This document shows positions 34,978 through 49,062 of a stretch of 64,000 nucleotides of DNA, piece by piece; within the stretch, counting starts at the first letter, position 1; the number at the start of each line of letters is the position of its first letter. Position numbers and translations under genes: made by a program. Source of the DNA: Lama glama (lineage: Eukaryota); assembly GCA_028534125.1 (NCBI GenBank), contig CM052825.1:25544001-25608000 (forward strand). The letters run 5' to 3'. The notes beneath the pieces were generated by a model that saw nothing but the letters and a program-made list of their open reading frames with translations, did not search any database and was not told the DNA's origin.

Positions 34978-35352
34978 TGTCCTGAATTGTGTCCGCTCCA
35001 AATTCATATGCTGAAGCCCTACCTTCAGAACCTCAGAATGTGGCTATACTTGGAGATGGGTCTTTATAGAGCTGATGAAGGTAAAGTGAGATCATTAGGT
35101 TGAGTTCTAATCCCATTCGATTGTATCCCTCTAAACAGAAGGGATCGGGACACAGATACACACAGAGGGAAGGCCAAGTGAGGACACAGGAGACGGCTGC
35201 CTACAAGCCTAGAGAGAGGGGCCCTGGGAGAAACCGGCTTGCTGACACCCTGATCTCAGATATCCAGCCTCCAGGACCAGGGGGAAATAAATGTCTGTTG
35301 TTTGAGCTGCCCTGTCTAGGGTGCTTTGTTACAGCCACCTTATGCAAATACT
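34978..35352 (+). mobile_element. MLT1-family (ERVL-MaLR) solo LTR
   Basis: Hallmarks: gaattgtgtc...aaattcatatg...cctcagaatgtg...ttggagat...tccagcctccaggac...aataaatgtctgttgttt...tttgttacagc. Confidence 0.8.
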
Positions 35353-38300
35353 CCCTCACAAGTGCCACCACATCCTTAGGAGACCCTTCCTGTCCCATGG
35401 TCAGTCCTGGCTCAACCCCCAGCTGGGCGCTGCCTGTCCCACAAGTTCCAAAAGTTCAGTGAAGAGATTTGGGAAATTGCTGGGGGGTTTCACTGCCCAG
35501 AAAGACAACTGGACAGCGGTGACTCCCCTGCCATGGTGGGGGCCCTGTGTCCCCTTACAGCATCGCAGTTTTCCTGGTGGATAAACCAAGGCTCGGGGCA
35601 TGTCACCTCCCAGATCACAGAGAACTCTGGCCTGGCCAGCCCCAGGCCCCAGTAGACACCTAATCCTGTGTCCCTTGTCCCAAGCTCTCTGGGAATCATC
35701 CCCAGATACACAGACTTGGCCCCTGCTGGCCCCAAGGGGCCTTGCTTCCTACTGCCCATGCGTGGGAGCCACCTGCTCCACTGCAGACTCCACCCTCAGC
35801 CTCCCAAAGTAGCCAAGCCTGCTGTCTGTGGTGTGACGCCAGGTGCTCCCCGACCCAACCCCGCTCCCAACCCCACTCACCCCCCGGTGCCCAGGCTCTC
35901 TACCTATGTCACAAAGGAAGTCCTAGCACCTTGGGGCACACAAACACAGGCAGTCTCCCTGTGCTGCTGCAGGCAGAGGTAGCCGGCCTCCAACTCTGCA
36001 AGGTACAGGCCCCTAGACCCAACCGAGACCCATCCCTGGCAGGCTATGCACAGCTAGGCCCTCAGAGCTTCCAGAAAAGCCATCAGCATGGGCGGGCAGG
36101 GGCCAGGACCCCGAGTTTCCAAAACATCAGCATGTGCTCAAGCTGGCACCCTGTGCCCAGAGACAAGAGAGATGTTACAACAGGACCGGCGACAAGGCTC
36201 CCATCAGATGCTAATTAGAGCCCCGCGTGGCACACCCTCAACACCAACGGTGCACAAAAATTTCAAACGACACAGTATTTGCATTTAATGGGCTGAAATT
36301 CTTTAAGCTGAGAACCCAGCTGAGCCATTATGCCGGCCAATTTGCAGCGAAGTGGAAAGCATTGCGTAGGAGCCTGGCCGGGGTGCACCGTGTGACCAGC
36401 GGGTAGGACAAGGGTCCAGCCACCAGGATGTCCTGAAGCATCATAGGCCCAGGCCAGGTGTGCATGGAGGACGCAGGGGCAGAGCCCAGGCTGCTGGGGA
36501 CCGGAGAGCAATGGGGAGGGCCTAAAGCAGTGTTAAACACCTGGATGATGTGCCCTCCTGGGTCTAGTCTTGATAAGCCTGTTGTGTGCAACGCCCATCT
36601 ACCTTCCTGCCCTGGGAACACCCCTATTCATCCCTCAAAATCCATGCTGAGGGTTCTTCCCCCAGGAAGTTTCCTGAACTAGCCCAGGAGCAACTCTGCC
36701 TCACCCAGTGGTTTACTGAGCACGTACTGTGTGGAGACACTGCCCCAGGTCCTTGGACTGAGGGAACAGACAAGGCCAGGCTTCATAGAGCCAGGAAGAG
36801 GACACTGAAGGACAGGTGATGCATCGTGCAGCCACACATGACAGCGAGGACATGAATCCAGTGAGGGATATTTCCAGCCTGAACCAAGGGAAGGGAGAGC
36901 ATCTTGACTAGCAGGGGCACTGCAGCCTGTGGCCAAGCCTGCAGTGGAAGTGGGTGAGTGATGACAGAGCAGCAGGGGTGGGCAGAATGGGGGCCAGTGA
37001 CACTAAGTCAGAGAGGCAACCCCTCCCGACCTCACCTCACTCCCGCTACCCCACAACTAGGGCTTCATGGAGCAAGCATATACCAGTAGAGTTATGAGGG
37101 GTCCTTCGGGACCTCACCCTCCCACCCAAAGAATAGCAGACCCTCGGGAGACCCCTTTATACTGCCAACTTTGCAGGGTAGCTACACCTCTGCATACAGT
37201 AGGGCCTCACTCCTAATAGAATCACACACTCAACAGGACCTTGAATTATGTGGGGCTTGGATTTAGGCCTGGGCACACAGTACGAATTCACTCTCAATGG
37301 ATCATGTACACAGTGGGCCTCACGGCAGGTGGGGCTTGGGAACAGAGGCCTATGCACACAGTAGGGCCCCACCTTCTGTGAGTCATGAACCAAAGACAGC
37401 CTCATCAGGACACACCTGTGTGCAGGTGGTCGCGGGTGCGCACACACACACACAAAGGACCACGTACATAGTAGGTCCCTGGTCCCCTGTGGCCCCATCT
37501 CCCACCACAAGCTGGTGGCCCAGCCAGTGGGGGTGGGCACTTGCCCCTGGCTGCCCCCTGCCCCGTGGCCCCCTGACCGCAGGCCTGGGCCCCGGGGAGT
37601 CTCACAGCCGGGCATGCTGATTCGCCCATCCTGGCTTCCCTCCAGCCACCCGCGTCTGCATCGATCCCCTAATAACTCGATCCATTATGTTGGAGCAGAA
37701 TTCTTGGAAACCGGCAGGAAAAGGAAGGCTTCTGTGAATCGTCTGAGTCATTTTTTTAAACTAACAATGGGGTGCCTCTCCCCTCTCCAGCGCAGCAGGC
37801 TGTCCACACTCTCACTGCTGCCGCCGCTGCCATATGTCCAGGAAGATGCTGATGGCCCCTGCTGGGGGAGAGGCCCTGGGCAGGACTGGACCCCCAACAG
37901 CCTGACCAGAGCAAGGTCTTCCCTTTCAGTGCTCACAGGCCCCGTTCAGCCTGGCCGAGACACAGTCTCCCCCTTGAGTCCAGCCTGGCTGGGGGCTTGG
38001 GCCCACACTGGGGGAGCTGCTGGCTGACACCCCCTCCAGAAGGGAGACAGTGAGTCCCTGTGTCTGTGGTGAAAAGTGAAACTTACATCTGCTGCTGGTG
38101 AGCGTTACTCTTTCTCCTCAAAGCATGTGCCTTCTGGGTCCCGAGCCCATAGGGCCGGGGTGACCAGCCAGACCCTTGGCCCAACTGCCCAAATGGGTTG
38201 GGGCAGACAGCCACCTGGAAAGCGGGGATCCAGACGACACCTCCACCCCAGGAGGTAGCCTTTCGGAAGAAGCCCCGGGAATCCTGAGTGAGTGCTGCTG

Positions 38301-38469
38301 CCCTAGACTGAGGGTCCTCAGTAGGACCAGCACTCACCCCTTCCTCACTCGCGCTCAGGGGCACACAGAGCAGGAGAGATCCTGCCATCTCTGATTCTTC
38401 CATCAGGAAAGGTGGTCAAGAGACTTGCAAAACCCTGAAATACCCCTCTTCTGGCTATTTTTTACATTT

Positions 38470-38673
38470 TGGACAATATAGATGTTTTTCATAAAGCAAA
38501 ATGCTATGTTAGCACATAACGGGTTTATTATTGTTTTAAATGAATGACTGCACAGCAATTTCTAAACTTCTCAGTTTTAAATTCCAATAAAGTAAACAGC
38601 AAGACAAAGCCTCATCGCAGAAGTTCCCTGGGGCCTCAATTAATCCCAAGGCCCTGGAGTTTGGGAACCTCTG
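38470..38673 (+). mobile_element. hAT-Charlie-like DNA transposon end fragment
   Basis: AT-rich; ttctcagttttaaattccaata...ggggcctcaat...agtttgggaacctctg resembles a Charlie1 terminus. Confidence 0.5.
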
Positions 38674-41600
38674 TTTCAGGGGCTGGAGAACAGAGCAGCC
38701 AGCACATCCCAGGGTCCTGGCGTCCCATCATGCCAGGAGCTCCCATACTCTGAAGGATGTCCCCACCCCACTCAGGGCTCAGATTCATCCCGCCACCCAC
38801 CCAGTTTCCCCACAAGGGGCTTTCTTCTGAGCCCACTGGGCCTATGGCTCCCAGGTCCTAGACCTGCTACCTATCAGGGACCCCAGACTGTGCAAAGCCC
38901 CTCCACAGGCCACCCCTGGGCTCCAACTGGCTCCCAGTAACAACCACACCTTAACATCCACAGGGGATGGAAGCACTTCCAGCTGCATGAATGCTACTCC
39001 CACACCCAGTGCAGGTCAGCGGCTCCACCCTGTGCTCCCCCAGGTACCCCTCCCTGTGTCTGCCCAAGGCCTGAGCATATCACCACAGGGCTGGCTGGGG
39101 CCCTGAGGGTCCCAGATGTGCCCCCACCCTGCAAGGCCCTGACTGGGGGACACTCAGGGCTCAGCAGGCCCCTCCTGGGAGAGTGAAGCCCATCTTTTCC
39201 ATGGGTGGACCTTCGCCAGTGAGAGCCCAAAAGCCACCACTCTCAGGGCAGGGACCCCCTGCCCCTCTGCCGCCCCCAAGACTGCCTGCAGGCTGAAGGC
39301 CAACACCTGTATGTGTGGCTGCAGGAAACCCGTGCCAAGGACGCTGGGTGCTTTCATAATAAATCCTTTAATTAGGGAATCCCCGACCTCCCAGCACGCA
39401 AGTTACCTGCTGTTCCCACGTCTTGGGTTCCCTCCTTGAGCCGCTGCCACATGCTGCCTGGGGGAGGCGAGCTAAGCCCTGTTGGTGGGAAGGGGGCTTG
39501 GAAGGCAGCCTGAGGGTGACTGGTAGAGCTGGGGAGTACAGAAGAAGCCCCAGAGGGTGTCCTTTGCACTCAGACATTCAAGGCACAGTTCAGAGCCCCT
39601 CCCCCATTTCTAGAAGCTTCCATGAGGCCAAGGTTCAAGGACATGAGCGTTTGCAATTTGGTGGCTGGCTCCAGATGCGGTGGAAGCAGCAGGGAGATGG
39701 ATCTCAGGCCTGCAGCCAGCAGGTGGGCTTGCTGCCTGGAGGGGGATCTTTGGGGTCTGCAAAGCCTCCAGCAGGCCAGGACTAGCTCCTCACAGTCCAA
39801 GTGGCTTTTCCAAGGACAGCTGTCACCAGCTCCCCCAGTTTGGGTCACACCTTCATACCCCCATAGAGATCTCCTTGATGGCTGATGCCCCACACAGGCC
39901 CACACAGCCCCAGGCCCTTGCAGGCCTCCAGATCCCAAGGTGACAGCATGCTGTCTCTGGTGGCATGAGGGGTGAGCTCAGCCCAGCACCCTCCCAGCTA
40001 GGAGTTCCTGCAAGTAGCAGGTGTGTCATGGACACTCCAAAGGCAAGGTCAGTCCCCAACCCAGCCCCCTCCAAAGAGGATGGGCCAGGAGTGGACGTCG
40101 AAGGGGCTCAAATCTGGTCGACATGGCAACTGGGAAGCAAGCCCGGCCTCAACCAGATCATTATGGCCAAAGAAAGAAATATATTTTCTAATTAAAGTTG
40201 GAAACAACATTAGATCCCTGGGACGGTCGTTAGCGAGCTGGAGAGGACCTGCGTAGGGGGAGTAATGCAGGCTTGCTTTCCCTGACTGGGCTCTTCTCCC
40301 CGTTTCTCTAGTCCCTCTTTTACGGTAAAATTCAGATGAGGCCACAGCTGAGTCCTCCTGGCCTTGCCGCCAGATTCCTCACAACTCCGAGTCCCGGCCC
40401 AAAGAAAAGCCTGGAAGGCGTGGGAGGGGGCCACCCCTCCTGGAGGATGGGTAGTCCCCAGCTGACTGCACAGAGACACCCCATCTAGGAGGCCATCGGG
40501 GGCTGGCTGGGGTAGGGGCCCAGAGGGGAGACCCCACCCGTGCCCCAGTGTGCTGGAGGCGGGAGGCGCCTGGGAGGGACGCGGCAGTGGGGGGAGAGTC
40601 TCTTCCCGCCCGGCTTCCAGAGCTTTGCAGATAAACAGTCTAAATTAGGAATTAAAACATCGCTTGCTCCCACCAGCCCACAGGCCAAACGTAATTCAAA
40701 TGTGCAGAAAACACCCCAGCCTCTGTCTGGAGTCCCAAACTCCCCAACGTGGCCCTGCAGGGTTTGGCCTCACAGAGGGGAGCAGGTCACAACATGACAC
40801 AATCTACTCACCCGGGACTGGAGCCAGGCTTGGGAGAGACGGACAGAGGGATCCCGGCCCCCAGCCCACAGGAGAGTCACACCACCCTGTCCGGACCTCC
40901 TGCGAGGCCGCAAGAAGGCAGGCATGGGGAGCCCAGTGGCTGTTGATAGGGGGTGCGGCACTGGGACAGTAAACACCCTCCCAACTATACCAGCAGCACC
41001 CCGCTCCACCCAGGGGTGGGCCTTGATGGGTGGAGGGCAGGCCTGCACCCCAATCTCGTGCTCCAGGGCTCAGCCCCGCCCCCAGTTTCCTGTCCACAGG
41101 CTTCCAGGGTGACTGCGGGGGACAGGGGTTCTGCTTGGAACAGGGTGCAGCCCTGGGACAGAGTGCACTCCGCGATGGAATTCCAGGCATCAGGCGGTCA
41201 ACAGAACTTAGAGGCTTGTTCTTGAGTTCTGGCCGCCAAGCCCGGGACCAGAGGCTGCCCGTTCCACGAGGGGTCAGCCTATGAGCCAAGAGGCTGGTAC
41301 AGAGAACGTCGCCTTCCTGAGAGGGTTCTGGGACAGGACTTGCAGCCAGGGCCAAGGTGGGAGGAGGTAGTGTGCTGGGAGCTGAGAGGGACGAATCAGC
41401 GGTGAAGCCCCCAACAGCCCCTCTCCCGCACAGTGCCCCCTGCAAGGTCACCATCTGGGTCTGCCCCAGGCCAGGGAAGAACAGACACCTCCTGGGATGT
41501 CCGCTGTCACAGGGGGCCCTGCTCCAATCCCTGCACTGACACCACCACGTGGGCCCCATGTTTGGGGACCATGACAGAGAGATCTGCCTATTCTGGCAGC

Positions 41601-43156
41601 ACACAGCAGAAGCCACTGGCTGGGCACCTTGGGCCCCTGTCACCCTATGCACACACACCCAGCCACAAATCACAACAGATACAGACTTGGCTACATTTCA
41701 GGTCACGTGACTATGAGAGGAACAGAGTAGACCTCGGGGACCAGTCCACAGGATCCCAATGGCCAGAATGGATCCTGGGGATCTGGCCCCGAACACCACA
41801 TAGCCCACCTCAGCCCTGTCCCACCGTGGGTTGGGAGGACCTGTGGAGCCCCCTGGAGACACCCCTGCACATGGCCGCTCAGGCAACATCTCTACTTAAA
41901 TACCCCGCCCATGGGGGACGCACGGCTGCCCAGTCCTTCCGCCTCTGGTCAGTGCCTCCACCAGCAGACGAGATGACATTCCTTCAAGAAGGACGCCTAA
42001 CAGAGAAGTCCAGGGAAGCTGGACCACGACCTCAACAGCCACCCAGAGGAACAGGGGCCTCACAAGCCTGGGGTGCTGTTGGCTAGCAGGGCAGGGATGA
42101 CCCACGACTCCTGGCTCTGTGCAGGGCCGTGGTCACTCTAGACATTAACTCATCAGGCTCAGTAACTCCAGGAAGCAGGGCACAAGTACATGGTTGGGGG
42201 GCCACTGTATGACAAGCCCAGGATGGCCATGGGCTCTGGGGGACAAGCCTCTGATCTTACTGCTGACCCTTGGCCTGTGGTGTCAACCCAAGGAGGGGAC
42301 ACCCAGTGTGTGAGACAGCTTGGCAGTGGGGACAGGGCGCCACTCAGGCTTCTGAGTCCCACCCTCCGCCTGCACCTGTCCACCTGCCCCCTTGCCTGCC
42401 ACTCACTCACCTGAAGAACTAGAGCAATTTCCAGACCCCACCCCATCACCCAGGACCCTGCAAGAAGGCTGTATCCCTGTCTTCAGGGTGAGATCCCAGC
42501 CTCTTCTGTCAGAACAAACGTCCTGTATGGACATAGCCATGGGCCGGGGAGCTCCACCAGCCACGTAAGGAGCTGAGAGACCTCAGGCCTGGAATGGCCG
42601 CCCAGGGCCCGGCCACACTCCCTCCCATCTGTGACCTCAGCACCCCCAACCCCGGCAAACTCCACAGCTGTGGCCCCCAGCATCAGACCACTCTGCTATC
42701 TGTAACTGCCTAGAACCTTTCCTCCATCCTCCCTGCTGCCCTGACTCCGGTATTTACCAAGCCTCAGGCCCAGGGCAAAAGCACCCCTTCTCTCCAGGGC
42801 AGGCAGGGGCTCTCCAGGGTCTGAGACCCTGGCCCCAGTGGGCAGCCTCCCCTTCACTTGGGCCATGTGGGGCTCCATGGGCCCCGTTTCAGGCCTATGA
42901 TTCAGACCGTCACCAGCCAGGTGTTTGAGAGTGGGGTGCTGCCAGGGACCCCAAGGCAGGCACAGAGAGCAGACTGGGAGGTGTGGCTGGACGCACCCAC
43001 ATGGGCTGGGAACGACTTGTCAGAGGGCTGTGGGGGAAGCACCCCACCGGGAGCCCTGCCTCGTGCTCCAGGGGGGCCACCTGGGCCTCAGAAAGACCAG
43101 AGAACCCCAGAGATGAAGGCTGGGTCCAGCCAGCACCTGGGGGGGCTCTAGGGAAG

Positions 43157-43523
43157 TGCTATGGGTGGAGTGGCCTCCCCTGGAAGTTTTTATGTTGAAG
43201 TGTAGCCCCCCAGGACTTCCGAATGTGACTATATTTGGAGATGCAGGTCTTTAAAGCAGTGATGAAGGTAAAAGGAGGTCACTGGGTTGGACCTTAATCC
43301 AGACTGTGTCCTTATGAGAAAAAATGAGATGCTCAGAGGGACATCACATAAGGACACAGGATGAAGACACCAACAGGCCAAGGACAGAGGCCTCAAGAGA
43401 AGCCAGCGCTGCCCACACCCTGATCTCAACATCCAGCCTCCAGGACTGGGAGAAACACATTTGTGTGGCTTCAGCCGCCCTGTCTGAGTAGCTCTGTCAC
43501 AGCCTCCTCAGCATGCTCATTCA
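43157..43523 (+). mobile_element. MLT1-family solo LTR
   Basis: tgctatggg...gaatgtgactatatttggagat...gtctttaaag...ccttaatcc...tccagcctccaggactg. Confidence 0.8.
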
Positions 43524-45344
43524 GAGGGAGTGGCTCAGGGTGTCCTGATCGGCTCAGGGTGTCCTGATCACCCCAGAGGGAGGGGGTGGGAGAGGGCATG
43601 CTCAGGAGTCTGAGGGGCTTGGTGCCCCTAGCAGTCCCCAGAGCTGGAATGAGGGGCTCTCAGGGGAACCAGGGTCCAAAGACACGCTGGGTATTACCCT
43701 GACAGGGAACCTTGTTCCCACCCTCCTGCCATCAGGGCCCTGTGGAGACCACCTCCTCTGGGAAGCCCTCCCACCTGCAACTATGAGAAAGGCCACCTGC
43801 CTCCAACCCAGCACTCACTCGGCAGCTGCAAGATGTCCAAGAGTAGCTGGAGAGAGAGCCAAAACCCCAAGTCCAGTGGCCTCCTTGCCCAGGTTGGTGG
43901 GCCCCACAGCACCTCCCTGCACGGCAGACACAGTCCTAGAGCCAGGCCCCTGGGCAGACAGCAGGACCGCTGAGAGCAAGATTCTTCCACTTCCCAACCC
44001 TTTGCAAGCACCTGCACACAGCAGGGCCTCAAATATTCAGGCCAGAAGAACAAAGAGGGAGGTCATCGATGTCTACCAGATGCCTACCACGTGCAGCCCC
44101 AGGCATCAGGCTATCATCAGAGCAGTCCAGACCCTGTGGGCTCCTGGGGGTGAGTGAGGGCGTGCACGGTCACCGCAGGATCCCTCCCATTAACGGGACA
44201 GGGCGGGACTCCTGGAACCCACCCTCACCTCCTATGCCCACGCCTCAGGATTCTGGTCCATCTCTCAGAATCAGGTGCCCATGCTCCTAGAATGTCTCCC
44301 TCCTCCTGGCCTGGGGATAAGCAGCTACCTCTGGGGGCCCTGGAGCCACAGGCCACCTGGGAATGAGCCAGCTCCACAGCCTTGAGTGTCCCACCTGTGG
44401 TCTCCTCAGCATTCACCAAGCACTTGCCAGTGCCAACCCTCTGGGCACCGCACACACAGTGGACCAAGCAAAGATCCGACCCTCTGGGGCTTCTCTTTCT
44501 AACAAAAAGTCAAATGCCACAGGCACTGGTGCGTCCATCTTCTGAGTCTAGGGAACCCTACCTGTGGCCCCTGGAGGGGGTGGGACGGCAGTTAGCAGGG
44601 GCACCCTGGAAACAGGCATCCAAGGTGCCAGCTGGGGGGCAAGGGGTCTCTAATCTGGGAGCAGCCCTGAACACACTAAATTGCTTTATGTAACTCGGGC
44701 CAGGCCAGTAAACCAGGAGCTGGGCTGGGGATTAGTGACAGGCGTTGCCACGGCAACCTGATTGATTAGTCGGAAACATGTCGTCTTTGGGAGCATGGCT
44801 CGGGCCTCGAGCTTCTCTGCAGAGGTAAAAGGAAACCCCAGAGATTCATTAGCAACAGGTTCCCATGGAAACTGCACCAAGCTCATTAATAATTTTTTTT
44901 TATTCCAAGTGTGGGTGTTGAAATTCTCCAGAGGGCTGATGGAGAAATAGATGCTGGGCAAACACACGCCAGCTACTCCCACCTGCAGGCCGGCACCACT
45001 GGCCCAGGTCTGAGCACCGCCCCTCCCATGCACCCATCTGTGTGCCAGGATGTGGTTCCAACAGCTCCACTTGGATGGTCCATCGAAAGGAGATCCAGAC
45101 CAGAAGCCCCACTCAACCCAGGACCCCTCTTCTAAACCCACTGGGCAGTGTTGCCTGACTCCCAAGGGGACGCCCCATGAGCATCTGCAGGAGAGGAGAC
45201 GAGTGCGTCCTGCTCACACAGTGGGCTCAGGCATGGGCTGGGTGTGGTGTCCAGTGCCCACCAGCTGCCTCCTCTGGGACTACTGCCAAGGCTGCTGCAG
45301 ATCCACTGGCTCAGAGACCCCAAGTCCAGGGGGCAAATGGACAG

Positions 45345-45855
45345 GAAGGAGGTGCTGTTTTGGAAAATGCTTTGGCATCTCAAACAATGTAACACGGTTC
45401 CCTATAACCCGGCAATTCCGCTCCTGGGTACGTTCCCAACAGAACTCGGACACAACTGCTCATGGCAGCACCATTTATAGCAGCCAAAAGGGGAGAACAG
45501 CCATGTCCACCAATCAACGAACAAGGAACACAATGTCCCACCACATCAGACTTAAGAGGAGTGACGCACTGATGTGCTGGATGAGCCCCAAGGATGCAAA
45601 ATCACAGACATTTCATGTGCGTTCCCATTTCTGTGAAACGTCCAGAGCAGGCACATCCAGAGACAGAACGCAGACTTGGGGAGGGGTGACCGCTGATAGG
45701 GAGGAGTGTCCTTTTCGGGTGATGAAAAAGTTCTGGAATTGACTAGAGTGACAGTTGCACAAACCTGACCACAGCAAAGACCAACAAATTGTGCATTTCA
45801 CTGACTGGGCTGTACCATGTGCATGTTACATTTCAACAAAATGAAAGAAGAAAGC
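45345..45855 (+). mobile_element. Old L1M 3' fragment
   Basis: ttggaaaatgctttggca...cccggcaattccgctcctgggta...atagcagccaaaagggg...gatgaaaaagttctggaatt, followed by an A-rich tail. Confidence 0.75.
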
Positions 45856-48599
45856 GGGCGCCAGGGTCTGCCTGCCTGGGCTCCAAATCCCGGGGGCCAT
45901 GCAGGAACCCACTCTGACCCTTGGTTTCCTCACTGGTAGACAGAACTCAGGTGCTGAAGTGCCCCTCCAGGGCTGAGACAGAGTGAAGAGCTCCTCAGAA
46001 GAAACAGAGTGAGCCCCAAGGTCAGAGGTGACCAGGCACCTGACCCACAGGGCCCTCCCAACTCCTGTGGGCAGAAACATGACCCAGGGCTCAGCACGGC
46101 CTTCTGGGGTGAGACACACCCAGGAAGAACCTGGCAACCCCATCCTGACCACACGAAGCGGCCTGCCCCCATCCCCCAAGTCCTGGTGCCATCCAAGTGA
46201 GGAAATACACAAATGCAAGGAATCCCTGCCACTCAGTCAAGGTCCAGACCTGAATCTCAGGAACTAAGAGAAACCACGAGGACAGGGCAAGGCAGGGCAG
46301 GGCTGGGTGGGAAATCAGTAAAATACTGGACTCGGAGACCGGGGTGTGGGTGCTGCCAGACCTCGGAGGGGCCAGATGGGGAGTGGTGAGCACACAGTTT
46401 GCTCTCAGGAGAGGAGCTTGGTTCCACAGACCTCCAGGCCCAGACACCCCCCTTTTCTCTGCCTAGGCATCACCCTCACCAGCACCAACACCCAGAAGTC
46501 CACTGGGCTATGACTAGCACTGAATGGAGGTGGGGTGGGGTGAGGCTGGACCCACTTTCCTGAGCCTACCCACCTCTGCCTGCAGGTCCTTGAGACAGTT
46601 CTGCCTCCCCCTCCTATTTAAGCGACCCAGATTTCGAGAGTAGATCTTTCAAAGATTCTGGAATAGCAAGGAAAACCCACTTCTGAAACAAAAACCCTTG
46701 GTCTGGGGACTTGTTTTGTAAGTCTGTGCCCCAGGCTGACTGGCTGGCCATTCTTGACACAGTTTCTGACTTCTAAAACATTCCTCAGGACAGTGGTTCC
46801 TGCCCCCTGATCCTGCATCTGAGTACTCACACCACTGCACTCAGCAAATGGGGGGTTGTTCCCAGGGAACCCAGGTCCCCACACTCAGCTGGCCTCCTCC
46901 TGCCTCAATCCCACCCAAGGCGGTCCACCTGCCAGCACCTCTCACGTCTCCTGCCCCTGCTGGGGGACCTACCCTGCACCCCTGCCCACCTCCCAACAGG
47001 TCAGCTCCACCATCTGCACCCTTGTGTGCCCCCCCCTTCACCGCGGGGGACTCCTCCTTGTCCTAGAACTCCCACTGAACCAAACAACTCTAAAACCTGA
47101 GCCTGAGGGCGCTCCCGCGGGACTGAAGCTGCCCGAGCACCAGGCCTGCCACGCCCGAGGCACAGCACACAGCATCAGAGGGACGCAGCAGGCCCACTCC
47201 ACAGGCTGGGCCTGGCGGCTGCCCTGCCAGCAACCCAGGACTTGGGACATGTTCTTGTCCATTTCGATGAGGTGCTAATGCAGGCTGACTCATCAGACCA
47301 AGGCCGCCTGGCGACTGCTTGAAAGACAAAGGGACGCAGCAGGCAGAACCACGTGGCCTCCACCCTTTCCGGTCGTTGCCGCCCTCACACCTTCCCAAAG
47401 GCTTCCTGTCCCTGTAGCAGGAGGGGCCCCACAGGGCTGGGCATCCAGGAAGCAGGCTAGCTGCTCAGTGGACCCTCCTGGCTACTCCTTCTTGGGAGAG
47501 CACCCAACATGCTCCCAGGCCCTGAGGCTCCTGCCCACCTCCAGATGCCCCCACACTTGTTTCCCTGTCTCCAAGCCAGGTCCCTAACCCCCATCCACCC
47601 TTCAGGGGGGCACCCGAGGCCCACATACCCGGCCTTCACACCCAGGCCCCAGCAGATTGTTCCCCAGCCCCATCTCACTGTCCACCCAGGACAGGCAATG
47701 GTCGATCTCAGCCATGACAGGACCTGGATCTCATCTGTCTGCGTGTCCCCTGCCCCCCTACACACAGCCAAGTGCTGCCCCAGAGCCCTGAACACAGTCC
47801 CAGGGCCATAGGAAGGAGCCTAGTAGCCTTGAGAGACCTGAGGCCAGTCCATGGGAACCTCCAAGAGCCAGGCCTGAAGCAGGGCACCCTAGAAATCTGT
47901 GAAAGCCCAGGGCTGGGCTCCAGCAGGGAAGGGGTGGATCCTGGGGGCGTCCAGCTCCAGTCCCGAGCCCGTCTCTTCCCTGGCCAGTTCGATGTGACAG
48001 CAGCTGGAGCCCAGACGCCTCCCAAAGTCCCTGCTGCTAGGCCAGGTCCCCAGCTGGGAATCCAGCCCATCACCTGCCAGCCATTCATGCTGCACCCAGC
48101 AGGACACCCTCAGCTCAGCCAAGGGTCTCAATACAGAGCAAGGCGAGGCTGGACACCAGGGGCTCCCTTGGCAACCACTGCCCCTAAACTGTACCCTCCA
48201 GGAGCAGCAAGAAAGCCCCCAACGGCCCCCGAGTGAACAGGGGGAGCTCAGCAAGGGCCCCAGACTCCCAGAGGGCTCTCCGCAGTCTGCACGCAGCAGA
48301 AAGGCACCTGAAGGACTGAGGTCGTGGACAGATACCCCCTCAGGGAAGCCCCCCAGGCTGGGGCAGGGGCAACCCCCCGGCACGCAAGACACCACCCTCA
48401 AAGTCTAACCAGGCCTCCCTGGTGACAAGACCTCCAAATGACTGATTTCACAGCTGGTTTTCCCTCTCCTGCTCCTCGTTGAAGAGCCTGACATGGGGCG
48501 GCTGGTGGGATTTATCCCAGGAGGGTCTGCCTCCTGTTAATACTTCCCACACCTCCTGCCTCTTCCTCTGGGGGTACTGCACAGGGCAAGTCCAGGTGT

Positions 48600-49062
48600 T
48601 GGAGCTGGGGAGGGTCCCTCAAACAAAGCACCACAGACCAGTGGCGGGCGGCAGGGGCTTAAACCACAGCAACGTGTCCTCTCACGATCTGGAAGTCAGG
48701 AGACCAAGATCAGGGTGTCAGCAGGCTGGTCCTTCTGGGGCCCATGAGCAGGGATCCATCCCAGGCCTCTCCCAGCCTCTACTGTCTGCAGGACACCCTG
48801 GGCGTCCAAGGTGTATGACCGCATCACACAGCATCTGCCTCTCTTTCACAGTCCAATTTCCTTTTCCTCCACCTTCAGGTGGCTTCTCCTTGCATATGCT
48901 CCTCTTATGAGGACAAGAGGACAACCTGTCATCGGACGGAGACCCACCCCAGCCCAGTCTGACCTCATCCTAACTTGACCACATCTGCAAAGACTCCATC
49001 TCCACATGAGGCCACGTTCTGAGGCTGCATGTGAATTTGGGGGACCCACTTGAGCCTGTGTA
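48600..49062 (-). mobile_element. MLT1-family solo LTR (reverse)
   Basis: aacaaagcaccacagac...gcttaaac...ctctcacgatctggaag...caagatcagggtgtcagcagg...gacctcatcctaacttga...catctgcaaagac. Confidence 0.75.
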
